Shown here piece after piece: positions 1-8,012 of a stretch of DNA of 64,000 nt. Source of the DNA: a virus; IMG/VR virus record IMGVR_UViG_3300033485_000001, positions 32,001 to 96,000 of that record; one strand, written 5' to 3'. Numbering within the stretch: position 1 is the stretch's first letter; each line of letters opens with the position of its first letter. Below the pieces are notes generated by a model. That model ran no database searches. It was given only the letters and a program-made list of their open reading frames with translations, and had not been told where the DNA came from. The translations under genes and the position numbers were made by a program.

Positions 1-2
1 GC

Positions 3-752
3 TGGAGGTTCTTCCAGAGGATCAGTCACTACTACGACAGCTCTGTCACAACATGGGCAGCACCAGATGATGAGGCGGACTTCGACTTCAGCAGCGGGCA
101 GTTCTACACCAACGGCCCCTCGACTCAGCGAAGCATGGACCTGCCGTACTCCTTTCAGGTGTACGCGCAACGCCATCACTGGCTCGGAGAGTACAGCTCG
201 GGTACGGCGCCGACGACGCGGAACACCCTGATGACGGATCAGGACCGGAGCTTCGTCTTCTTCATCCATCGCGGCGTTCTTCCGTTCTCCCAGCACCACT
301 GCCACTTCATTGGCTACACCGGAGCCGACCCCGATCATCCCGGCATTGAAGAGTTCGCGATGCTGACTCCGTGGAACACTGCGAACTACGACGACATCAG
401 CTTCACCACGTACGGCTTTGGCTACTACGGGGTCGGGTTTGATCCGAACGGCATCGCTATCCCTACCATCGCCGGCTTCATCGGCTGGCAGTCATCGAAC
501 ACCTACCCGTTCAACATCTCCAACGCCGGCCCGAACGCCTGGTCTGGAAAGGACTGGTTGATCCCGCTCATCATCGTCCGTGACCCCAACGGATCATACG
601 GTTGCTTCTCGATCAGGGAGGCTGACGTCGGCCTGTACATGGGCAGATCGGCGAACATTCCCAGCTCCTACATGACGCTGGACTCGAATGCCTTCCAGTA
701 TCTCAGGTACTCCCTGGTGATGGAGTGGAACGGCGAGTCCATCATCGCATAG
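3..752 (+). CDS. Hypothetical protein, 5'-truncated (probably virion-associated)
   Basis: Frame is open from base 3 (WRFFQRISHYYDSS...) through ATG 135 to TAG 752; aromatic/beta-rich composition. Confidence 0.7.
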   Translation, partial: WRFFQRISHYYDSSVTTWAAPDDEADFDFSSGQFYTNGPSTQRSMDLPYSFQVYAQRHHWLGEYSSGTAPTTRNTLMTDQDRSFVFFIHRGVLPFSQHHCHFIGYTGADPDHPGIEEFAMLTPWNTANYDDISFTTYGFGYYGVGFDPNGIAIPTIAGFIGWQSSNTYPFNISNAGPNAWSGKDWLIPLIIVRDPNGSYGCFSIREADVGLYMGRSANIPSSYMTLDSNAFQYLRYSLVMEWNGESIIA

Positions 753-759
753 AGGGATC

Positions 760-1047
760 ATGGCAACAACGATCACGTCGATGGAACCAGTGGATCGAGT
801 GGAGTGGGAGATGCCGCTCCGTGGATCTTCTTCGTCCAGCGCACGCTCAGGCTCGAAGGTGTACCCATACCCGATTCCTGGCGGTGTCAGAGCGAGCTAC
901 AGACAGAAGTGCAGGGACACCGTCAGCGGATCGTGGACGGAGTGGGAGACCTACTACCAGGACATCTACGGGAATGAGTACCCTGGAGTCGGATTCGACT
1001 TCAGCACCTTCAGGGTAGTCGGGATCACCTACAGCCGCGAGCAGTAG
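760..1047 (+). CDS. Hypothetical protein
   Basis: ATG with AGAGGG SD, 95 aa, follows the previous gene directly. Confidence 0.65.
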   Translation: MATTITSMEPVDRVEWEMPLRGSSSSSARSGSKVYPYPIPGGVRASYRQKCRDTVSGSWTEWETYYQDIYGNEYPGVGFDFSTFRVVGITYSREQ

Positions 1048-1067
1048 TCCATATCATCCCCCTTTTT

Positions 1068-1078
1068 GGTATAAGATC
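1068..1078 (+). promoter_or_regulatory. GGTATAAGATC promoter-like motif
   Basis: Intergenic; one of 8 related copies, each upstream of a gene start or structured RNA. Confidence 0.75.
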
Positions 1079-1115
1079 GTGTGCCGGCTGCTTGTAGCTG
1101 GTGAGGAGGTGATCG

Positions 1116-1712
1116 TTGGGAAAGCTGGACGACTGGCTTCAGCGGAAGCTCGGGGGCCACGTCTCCCTCGGGCCGGTCACGGTGTACGGCTTCAACGCCA
1201 TGCACGTGGCCATCAACGTCTGGACGAAGAAGTGGGGCTACGTCTGCTTCCACCCTGATCTGAGGTTCCTGGGGCGTTTCGCCCCATGGATGCTCGGGAA
1301 GGAGTGGCCCTGGCACTTCTACGCGAGCAAGAACGCGACGCCGTGGGCGTCGACGTTCGCCATCGGACCTGGCATCGAGCATGACGAGAAGATCAACGCC
1401 GTCCGCCGCTGGGCGATGTGGGGGCACAACTACAGCGACGACTACAACCCGCAGGCCGAGAACGAGTTCTTCTGGGGCTACGTCAACGAGCTCAAGAGGG
1501 AGAAGGAGCTGCGGAAGGCGGAGGCCAACGGGATCTGTGGCGCCTGCGGCGAGAAGCTCACTCCAGTGGAGAGCTCGAACAGCAACGTCTGCCTCAAGTG
1601 CTTGCTGCGTGAGATGGAGCGCATAGCAAGCCGGATCAGAGAGCAGGAATCGATGATTCAGGCCCAGGCACCGGACGACTCTCAGGATCCGGAACGCGAA
1701 GGGTGGAACTGA
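1116..1712 (+). CDS. Hypothetical protein with C-terminal CxxC...CxxC zinc ribbon
   Basis: TTG start with AGGAGGTG SD; CGACGE...CLKC. Confidence 0.75.
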   Translation: MGKLDDWLQRKLGGHVSLGPVTVYGFNAMHVAINVWTKKWGYVCFHPDLRFLGRFAPWMLGKEWPWHFYASKNATPWASTFAIGPGIEHDEKINAVRRWAMWGHNYSDDYNPQAENEFFWGYVNELKREKELRKAEANGICGACGEKLTPVESSNSNVCLKCLLREMERIASRIREQESMIQAQAPDDSQDPEREGWN

Positions 1713-2239
1713 TCATGCACTGGGAAGCGTGGTGCTTCGAGATGGCGAAGACAGCGTCGCTGAAGTCCAAGGACAGGTCCACGCGAGTGGGCTGCGTCGT
1801 CTTCGGCCCGGACCGCGAGATCAGGACCGTCGGCTACAACGGCTTCGTCCGTGGCGCCGATGATTCGAGGGAGGAGTGGCACCAGCGCCCCCTCAAGTAC
1901 AAGGTCACGGCTCATGCCGAGCTCAACGCGGTCTGCAACGCCACGCGCTGCGGCACCACGCTCAAGGGATGTGCGGCCTACATCACGCTGCCGCCGTGCT
2001 CGACCTGTGCGTTGGCCATGGTTCAATCCGGTATCTGTTCGGTCAACTTCCTCGTTCCCCTGGACAACAAGAACGGGGTGGATGATCGTTGGAAGGATGA
2101 CTTCCGCATCGCCCTCGACATCTTCACCGAGGCTACGGTGGACTACGAGGGCTACAGCGGAGAGTGGGACGAGAGCGGACTGGACCCGAAGGCCGACGAG
2201 GTCGAGACATGGATCACGAAGATCCAGGAGGGAGCGTGA
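1703..2239 (+). CDS. dCMP deaminase (cytidine/deoxycytidylate deaminase family)
   Basis: SKDRSTRVGC, GYNG, HAE and PCxxC zinc motifs; start may be ATG 1715. Confidence 0.92.
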   Translation: MELIMHWEAWCFEMAKTASLKSKDRSTRVGCVVFGPDREIRTVGYNGFVRGADDSREEWHQRPLKYKVTAHAELNAVCNATRCGTTLKGCAAYITLPPCSTCALAMVQSGICSVNFLVPLDNKNGVDDRWKDDFRIALDIFTEATVDYEGYSGEWDESGLDPKADEVETWITKIQEGA

Positions 2240-3144
2240 TGACCGAGCTGAAGGACGTGAGCCTCGAGCTGTGGATCGATGAGTCGAAGAAGACCGTCAT
2301 CAACGACGGGTACTTCAGCACGCTGAAGTCCCTCGGGGTGAAGGCCATCTCCGTGATGATCGATCCGTCGACGAGGGCGTGGGATCCTCAGTGGACCGCC
2401 AAGGACATCGAGCGGCTGCTGAAGCTGTCCGACAAGTACGAGATCGACATCATCCTGACCACCTGGCCGTTCCCGGACAGGGCCATGCTCGACGCGATGG
2501 CCAAGGACATGATGCAGCTGCTCCACATCGGCGCCGGCATCGTGGGTTGGGAGGTGGACACCGAGTTCAACTGGAAGCAGAAGTACGTGAGCGGCTTCCA
2601 GGCGCAGGTCATCGGCGGCGAGCGCAGGAGCGCCATCGACCTGGCCGGGGACCACCTGGTCGCCATCATGCGCGACGTCACCACCCAGAACGGCAAGCTC
2701 GAGCCCGGTGGGATCCGCATGGAGCTGACCACGTTCGCCGAGCACGTGGAGAACGGCAGGATGGCGGACGTGGCTCCGCACATGGACCGGCTGAAGGTCC
2801 AGGCGTACTCGATCAGGAGCAGGAAGAACGCGGACGGGACGGAGTTCCTCGTCCCCTGGGACCACACCTACGGCCCCGGCAACATGCAGAAGTTCACGCT
2901 GGACCGGACCATGATGGTCCCCAGGTTCAGGGACAGGGGCATGCTGCCCGAGATCGGTTACGGCATGGCGCTCTGGAGCCAGCAGTGGCCCGGCCACACG
3001 CCGGCGGAGGCCATGACCAAGGCCCTCGAGATGGCGCTTCGGTACGACATCACCTGCATCTGCGGGTGGTCGTCAAAGCACGTCTTCAACGGCAACCCCT
3101 ACGCCCTCCCGTGGCTCGAGAGCCTCATCGAGGAGGCGGCCTGA
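2239..3144 (+). CDS. Putative TIM-barrel glycoside hydrolase-like protein
   Basis: ATG 2239 overlaps the previous stop; alternating beta/alpha pattern; GWEVDTE resembles the GH18 DxDxE strand. Confidence 0.5.
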   Translation: MTELKDVSLELWIDESKKTVINDGYFSTLKSLGVKAISVMIDPSTRAWDPQWTAKDIERLLKLSDKYEIDIILTTWPFPDRAMLDAMAKDMMQLLHIGAGIVGWEVDTEFNWKQKYVSGFQAQVIGGERRSAIDLAGDHLVAIMRDVTTQNGKLEPGGIRMELTTFAEHVENGRMADVAPHMDRLKVQAYSIRSRKNADGTEFLVPWDHTYGPGNMQKFTLDRTMMVPRFRDRGMLPEIGYGMALWSQQWPGHTPAEAMTKALEMALRYDITCICGWSSKHVFNGNPYALPWLESLIEEAA

Positions 3145-3809
3145 TGCCCAACGTCATCCCCGTCCGCTACGATATCCTGGAGTACCCGGAGAACATCCTC
3201 CAGAACATCGAGCGGGCTGCCCGGACGTGCTACAAGTCCGAGGACAAGATCACGAACGACTCTGCCGTGGCCCTCGTCAGGAATCTCATCGACAGCGGCC
3301 ATCACGCCATGCTCGAGTTCGGCGGCTGGATCGTGGTCAGGTTCTGGTCCAACCGTGGGTTCACCCACGAGCTGGTCAGGCACCGGCCGCCGAGCTTCGC
3401 GCAGGAGTCGACGAGGTACTGCAACTACTCCAAGGAGAAGTTCGGCAAGCAGATCACGGTCTGCGACCCGGAGGCGGTCCTGCGCATGAAGGTCAAGGAC
3501 CTCGACAAGCAGGCTGCGTTCAAGGCGCACCTCATCGAGACCTGGGCCATCTGCGAGAGCAGGTACATGGAGCTCGTTGGGATGGGCTGTCCCGCCGAGC
3601 TCGCGCGTGAAGGTCTACCGATCGGCCTCAAGGCCGAGATCGTCATCGGGGCGAACGTCCGCGAGTGGCGGCACATCATGAAGCTGCGGACCAAGAAGAA
3701 CGCGCACCCGAGGATGCGCGAGGTCATGCGTCCGCTGCTGGCCGAGTTCCGCTACGCCACGCCCATCATCTTCGACGACGTGGGCACCCTCACCGACGAG
3801 GAAGCGTGA
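3144..3809 (+). CDS. thyX: Flavin-dependent thymidylate synthase
   Basis: ATG 3144; ARTCYKS, GHHAMLEF, HELVRHRPPSFAQESTRY (RHR-x7-S motif), NVREWRHIMKLR, AHPRMR. Confidence 0.96.
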   Translation: MPNVIPVRYDILEYPENILQNIERAARTCYKSEDKITNDSAVALVRNLIDSGHHAMLEFGGWIVVRFWSNRGFTHELVRHRPPSFAQESTRYCNYSKEKFGKQITVCDPEAVLRMKVKDLDKQAAFKAHLIETWAICESRYMELVGMGCPAELAREGLPIGLKAEIVIGANVREWRHIMKLRTKKNAHPRMREVMRPLLAEFRYATPIIFDDVGTLTDEEA

Positions 3810-3897
3810 ACCAACTGATCATGATCTATCTCGTCTGCCGTATCGTGCGGCGGACGTTCAGGGCAATCCTTCAAGAGATCAAAGAACTTCCGGATCT

Positions 3898-3908
3898 GGT
3901 ATAAGATC
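3898..3908 (+). promoter_or_regulatory. GGTATAAGATC promoter-like motif
   Basis: Exact copy, followed by a two-hairpin leader and an SD. Confidence 0.75.
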
Positions 3909-3950
3909 GCTGAGACCACAGGGTCTCTTTTACCGCAGTCGGGAGGCTGC
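3909..3950 (+). promoter_or_regulatory. Structured 5' leader (two hairpins)
   Basis: GAGACC-ACAG-GGTCTC followed by TTTT, then GCAGTC-GGGA-GGCTGC (GNRA loop) just before SD GAGGTGG. Confidence 0.55.
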
Positions 3951-3954
3951 TGAG

Positions 3955-4479
3955 GTGGCTGTGATGACAGAGGAGAGAAGAGGAGGTCCCCAACAGAGGG
4001 GCATCAAGGAGTGGGCGCGCGTCGGCGAAGAGCCGATCGCGCATACCCAATGGGAGATGTTGATCGACGGCAAGCAGGTGGTGATGGCTGCCACGCTCGA
4101 GATCAAGAACCCCGTCTTCTACGACGGGAACAGGGGCCGACCCGTCATCGAGCTCACGCTCCAGAAGGACAGGTGGTCCTTCCGCTTCAGGATCCCGCGC
4201 CAGGGCCTGAGCGAAGCGGACGGTGCCATCGACGTCCTCCAAAAAGTGCTGGCAGCGAAGGAGAAGGCATACGAAGCCTACGACACCGCCTTCAAGACCT
4301 ACGAGGAGGAACGGGAGAAGGATCGCACTGCGCGCATCGCCGAGCACGAGAAGCGGACCGAGCAGTTCAAGGGCGGCCGGGGCAACGACAAGGCCGGCGC
4401 CGGCCTCGGCAAGTACTCCAAGCCCGGCAAGACGAAGAGGCACCGAGAGCGCGGCAAGGACGAGCGCGCCTCTCGGTGA
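3955..4479 (+). CDS. Hypothetical protein with basic C-terminal tail
   Basis: 174 aa, typical codon usage; start GTG 3955 or ATG 3964. Confidence 0.75.
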   Translation: MAVMTEERRGGPQQRGIKEWARVGEEPIAHTQWEMLIDGKQVVMAATLEIKNPVFYDGNRGRPVIELTLQKDRWSFRFRIPRQGLSEADGAIDVLQKVLAAKEKAYEAYDTAFKTYEEEREKDRTARIAEHEKRTEQFKGGRGNDKAGAGLGKYSKPGKTKRHRERGKDERASR

Positions 4480-4501
4480 TACACTCGGGGAGCACCTCCT
4501 T

Positions 4502-4544
4502 GGGGCGGCCCTGCACTCCTCAGCGGGGCCGCCCCGTCTTCTTC
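4502..4544 (+). terminator. GC-rich hairpin, terminator-like
   Basis: GGGGCGGCCC(4502-4511)...GGGCCGCCCC(4526-4535) followed by GTCTTCTTC. Confidence 0.6.
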
Positions 4545-4559
4545 AGGAGGTAACCGAAC

Positions 4560-4910
4560 ATGAGCAGCTTGCTCCAGTTCAACGGCGTCACGCGCCGGAA
4601 CAGACACGGCTACGGTGAGGTCGGGCTCGAGTTCACTCGTTACGTCATGGACCTGAGCAAGACCATCGAGGGTAGCTACCTGGACCCCAAGGTTCCGTGC
4701 TCCATCTGCGGGAAGGAACATCCGCAGGTCGGCATCGCCTTCAGGCGGCCTGTGGGGATGCTCGGTTGCTGGGTGCAGTTCCAGTATCTGGGCGAGATCC
4801 ACGCACCTGATCTGTCCGTTCCCATCGATGTGCCTGAGTGGCCGAAGGGAACGACGGTCCTCTCGCCGGAGGAGAACTCGAAGCTCTGGCACAGGGAGGA
4901 TCCGAAATGA
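4560..4910 (+). CDS. Hypothetical protein (CxxC)
   Basis: CAGGAGG SD, 116 aa, CSICG. Confidence 0.75.
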   Translation: MSSLLQFNGVTRRNRHGYGEVGLEFTRYVMDLSKTIEGSYLDPKVPCSICGKEHPQVGIAFRRPVGMLGCWVQFQYLGEIHAPDLSVPIDVPEWPKGTTVLSPEENSKLWHREDPK

Positions 4911-5395
4911 TCGTGATAGAGCTGTTCGGTCCTGGGGAGGTCTCCGTAGAGACCCCCTACAACAGGCAGTTCGTCGAGGACCTGAAGACGATCCTGAAGG
5001 GCCGCAACATCAGGCGGTGGGATCCGGTTCGGAAGGCATGGATCGTTCGGACCGCAGCCTTCAATCGGGTCCATGAGCTGATCGACGACTACTACCCATC
5101 CGATGACTGGGCGGTCTCTCCAGAGGCTCAGGCCGAGATTCAGAAGGGGTACAAGGAATCGGTGGACTACGGGGTGAAGGGATACGCCCCTCCAGGTGCC
5201 GCAGCGGGAGGACCCCCGACCAGCTACGGCCCCTACGCGACGCTGTACGTGAACGACAGCGCGCCGGACTGCGTGGTGCAGGCAGCGCACAAGGCGCTCG
5301 CCAGGATGCACCACCCCGACGTAGGTGGTGATCGTGATGCGATGGCAAGAGTGAACGCAGCCTTTGAAGAGATCAAGAAGCTGCGTGGAATGTGA
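4907..5395 (+). CDS. J-domain (DnaJ-like) protein with N-terminal HARP-like domain
   Basis: ATG 4907; PYNRQFVEDLK...RRWDPVRKAW (HARP-like); AHKALARMHHPDVGG...MARVNAAFE (J-domain HPD). Confidence 0.85.
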   Translation: MIVIELFGPGEVSVETPYNRQFVEDLKTILKGRNIRRWDPVRKAWIVRTAAFNRVHELIDDYYPSDDWAVSPEAQAEIQKGYKESVDYGVKGYAPPGAAAGGPPTSYGPYATLYVNDSAPDCVVQAAHKALARMHHPDVGGDRDAMARVNAAFEEIKKLRGM

Positions 5396-5408
5396 GGGAG
5401 GTGGCGTG

Positions 5409-5594
5409 GTGGATGTGATGACATTGGACCAGGTGGTGGCGTCGAACTTCAGAGGAGGTGTGAAGGACGCAGGGCCGGATGATGAACAGTTCATCCGGTG
5501 GACGAAGCCGCTGTTGATCGAGTCGATGACGGCGGACAGGTTTCGCAACCGGACCGGCGAAAGGCGGTCCAGGCATCAGAAGAGGTGGAAGTGA
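5409..5594 (+). CDS. Small hypothetical protein
   Basis: GGGAGGTGG SD; fills the gap between neighbours; stop overlaps the next start. Confidence 0.45.
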   Translation: MDVMTLDQVVASNFRGGVKDAGPDDEQFIRWTKPLLIESMTADRFRNRTGERRSRHQKRWK

Positions 5595-6238
5595 TGGGAG
5601 ACGAAGAGCTGAGCATCGAGGGGCTAGAGATCGCAAAGGTGGAGGAGATCCGGAAGAACGTGCCGGACATCCTCACGAACGAGAACTCGCCGGAGGAGCT
5701 GCGAAGGCTCGACACGTCCGATCCGAAGGCCGTGTTGGACATGCTCGTCGAGCACGCCAAGCAGGAGTGCGGCTGCAAGAAGCACAAGGTCATGAGCCTG
5801 GGCTTCACGATGTTCGCGGTCTACCTCTACGACCTGCTGACCGACACAGGGCTCGAGCTGTCGGATCGGCAGAAGTCGCAGCTCTCCGTGGCGTTCGCCG
5901 AGATGGCCTGGGGAAGCCACGCCTTCATCGGTATGGTGGCGGGCAAGAACGAGTACGCCGTCAAGCTCGCCATGGCCGTGCTTGAGGACAACGGCATGGA
6001 GGTCGCGGGAGTGGGTGGACCGCTGGGCGGACTCCTGGGGATGCTGGCTCAGAGGATGGGTCAGCGGGCACCCTCTGAGGGTGGGCCGGAGGTGAAGATC
6101 ATCGACATCCCCTCCATGCTCGTGTCTCGCTCGAGGTCCGAAGAGGAGTCCGAAGAGGAGGAGAAGGAAGAAGAGGAAGAGGAGGAGTCCGAGGACGAGG
6201 AGTCCGAGGACGAAGAAGAACCCACCGATCAGGAGTAA
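5594..6238 (+). CDS. Hypothetical protein with very acidic C-terminal tail
   Basis: ATG 5594; ends in about 30 residues that are almost all E/D/S. Confidence 0.75.
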   Translation: MGDEELSIEGLEIAKVEEIRKNVPDILTNENSPEELRRLDTSDPKAVLDMLVEHAKQECGCKKHKVMSLGFTMFAVYLYDLLTDTGLELSDRQKSQLSVAFAEMAWGSHAFIGMVAGKNEYAVKLAMAVLEDNGMEVAGVGGPLGGLLGMLAQRMGQRAPSEGGPEVKIIDIPSMLVSRSRSEEESEEEEKEEEEEEESEDEESEDEEEPTDQE

Positions 6239-6304
6239 TCCCCACCCCATCAAAACGATCCCGAAAGGGAGCATCCGGCCACCTGCCGAATGTTCTCTTA
6301 GCTG

Positions 6305-6315
6305 GGTATAAGATC
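6305..6315 (+). promoter_or_regulatory. GGTATAAGATC promoter-like motif
   Basis: Exact copy upstream of AGGAGGTG SD and gene 6339. Confidence 0.75.
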
Positions 6316-6338
6316 GTTGTCCGAGTAGATCTTAGGAG

Positions 6339-6671
6339 GTGGAGATGGCTGTGAGGTACTGTGGTGACCTGCGGGTCACGATGATCATCAATCCAACAGA
6401 TCGAGAGGGCTGGTTGTACCGATGCACGATCTCGTGCCCGACCTGTGAGTGCGTGCCGAAGTGCACGCCGTACAAGACCGACGTGAGGATGGCGAAGATC
6501 GAGACGTACAGGTTGGCGGAAGACAACCCGGAGGCGTTCGACAAGATCGCCAGGTCGGCGCTGGGGTTCGCTTCGGCAGAGGACGAGTGCGACATCATGC
6601 AGCACGGTCACTGGGACGAGGCGGGCGAGTGGGCGGTGTCCCGCAAGAGGGAAGGGAGCTGGGGTGAGTGA
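6339..6671 (+). CDS. Hypothetical protein (Cys-rich)
   Basis: Strong SD; CPTCEC..KC; start probably ATG 6345. Confidence 0.75.
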   Translation: MEMAVRYCGDLRVTMIINPTDREGWLYRCTISCPTCECVPKCTPYKTDVRMAKIETYRLAEDNPEAFDKIARSALGFASAEDECDIMQHGHWDEAGEWAVSRKREGSWGE

Positions 6672-6688
6672 ACGAAAATCGTCGTTTC

Positions 6689-6764
6689 AAAGTGGTTGTG
6701 ATAGTAAAGGTCAACCGCTTCACCAACCCGTAAAGTGGTTGACTTATACTATTACAACCGTTTC
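6689..6764. repeat. AT-rich nested palindrome: two 33-bp pseudo-palindromes in inverted orientation
   Basis: AAAGTGGTTG-N13-CAACCGCTTC (6689-6721) and AAAGTGGTTG-N13-CAACCGTTTC (6732-6764); the two N13 cores are reverse complements at 10/13 positions. Confidence 0.9.
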
Positions 6765-6797
6765 AAAAGTTCAGAATGTAATTCTGAGGAGGAAGGG

Positions 6798-7250
6798 GTG
6801 GCCGTCCCAGAGGCTGTCCTCCCAGTCCTCATGACGGTCGCCTTCCTGGCGATCATGAGAGGCAGATTCAGGATCTGGAAGCGAAGCACCAACTACAGGC
6901 TGGTCCTCTCCATCATCGCGTCCCAGGACGCCGTAGGCCCGTTGAACGTCCTGGCCAACAAGGTCGGGGGCAACCTGCTCAACAGGGAGACCCGCTTCGG
7001 TAGGACGGTCGTGGTGTGGGAGATACATGATCAGGACGTTCTCACCGGGGTCATCGAGACCATCCTCGAGATGCAGCAGGAGGACGGACTCGAGCTCCCA
7101 GAACAGATGCAGCGCGAAGTCGATACGGCCTGGATCTTCTTGAACACCCCGGTCTATCGGGGCCGTCTGACGGCGGAGCGTCGGCAGCAGAACAAGGAGT
7201 CCCTGGAGGAACGGGCACGGCTGTACGAGCTGATGAAGGAGTACTGGTGA
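6798..7250 (+). CDS. Degenerate single-motif LAGLIDADG-like protein (predicted catalytically inactive)
   Basis: GTG 6798 with GAGGAGG SD; VAFLAIMRGRFRI / YRLVLSIIASQ / LNVLANKVGG / VVWEI align by eye with I-CreI-type elements; acidic catalytic residue replaced by R. Confidence 0.6.
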   Translation: MAVPEAVLPVLMTVAFLAIMRGRFRIWKRSTNYRLVLSIIASQDAVGPLNVLANKVGGNLLNRETRFGRTVVVWEIHDQDVLTGVIETILEMQQEDGLELPEQMQREVDTAWIFLNTPVYRGRLTAERRQQNKESLEERARLYELMKEYW

Positions 7251-7275
7251 GGTAGAATCGTCGAGGAGGCAGAGA

Positions 7276-7638
7276 ATGACGATTCGAGCTCAGGCTCTTT
7301 CAGATGATCCGTTGGACGGTACCGTCGGCCTTCGTCTCAAGGGCGGCGACGGAACGACTGAGCACGATTTCGGCGACGTCGGATGGACGAGGACGTGGCG
7401 TCGGGAGGGTGACTTCCACTACTTCAACGTCGTCCAGCTCGTCGGCGGTGTGGGGGACAGTCAGGTGATCAAGATCAGTGGAGGGGCTATCGTCTTCGAT
7501 GGCATCCCCAACGGAGACTACGTCGCGTTCGACTCCAGCATCGTCTGGCACATCCCAGCGGCGGACCTCGACCCAGACTTCGATCCGGAGGGTGGCTCCT
7601 ACGAGACCGTGTGGATGCACTTCATGATCGACGAGTAG
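7276..7638 (+). CDS. Hypothetical protein
   Basis: GAGGAGG SD; GGTAGAAT -10-like element just upstream. Confidence 0.75.
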   Translation: MTIRAQALSDDPLDGTVGLRLKGGDGTTEHDFGDVGWTRTWRREGDFHYFNVVQLVGGVGDSQVIKISGGAIVFDGIPNGDYVAFDSSIVWHIPAADLDPDFDPEGGSYETVWMHFMIDE

Positions 7639-7650
7639 CTCCAGCAGATC

Positions 7651-7660
7651 GGTATAAGGG
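7651..7660 (+). promoter_or_regulatory. GGTATAAGGG promoter-like motif (variant)
   Basis: Intergenic, upstream of gene 7701; same variant as at 21490 on the - strand. Confidence 0.65.
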
Positions 7661-7700
7661 TTCCGTTCACCAAGGCGTTACGACGTCAGAGGAGGTCTGC

Positions 7701-8012
7701 GTGAAGGTCTTGTACGTCATCGACACGGGAAGCAACTACGACCGTCCGGTTCAGAAGGGCCAGTGGACCCTGGAGGATATCCCTACCCAGGGTTCCGAGA
7801 TCATCAACAAGTGGCTGAAGGAGAAGACCAGGAATCTGGTCGAGGAGCTGAAGTACGCCGAGCTCAGCGGCACCGGCAAGATTGAGGTGAGGGCGCTCAA
7901 GGACGACTACGACATCGAGGTCACGGCCTCCGTCAAGATCCGGCCGGCGACCAAGAAGAAGACCCCGGCGACTGCGGGCAAGGAGAAGGTCACAAGGAGG
8001 GCTGCACGATGA
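7701..8012 (+). CDS. Hypothetical protein with Lys-rich tail
   Basis: GTG 7701 with GAGGAGGT SD. Confidence 0.7.
   Translation: MKVLYVIDTGSNYDRPVQKGQWTLEDIPTQGSEIINKWLKEKTRNLVEELKYAELSGTGKIEVRALKDDYDIEVTASVKIRPATKKKTPATAGKEKVTRRAAR

Noticed and set aside
3806-3904. 32-aa hydrophobic ORF after thyX (MNQLIMIYLVCR...)
   Set aside because: Short, weak SD and overlaps the 3898 promoter; cannot be supported without expression data.
6735-6797. N-terminal extension of the LAGLIDADG-like ORF from GTG 6735
   Set aside because: It lies within the AT-rich palindrome and has no SD; GTG 6798 has a strong SD.
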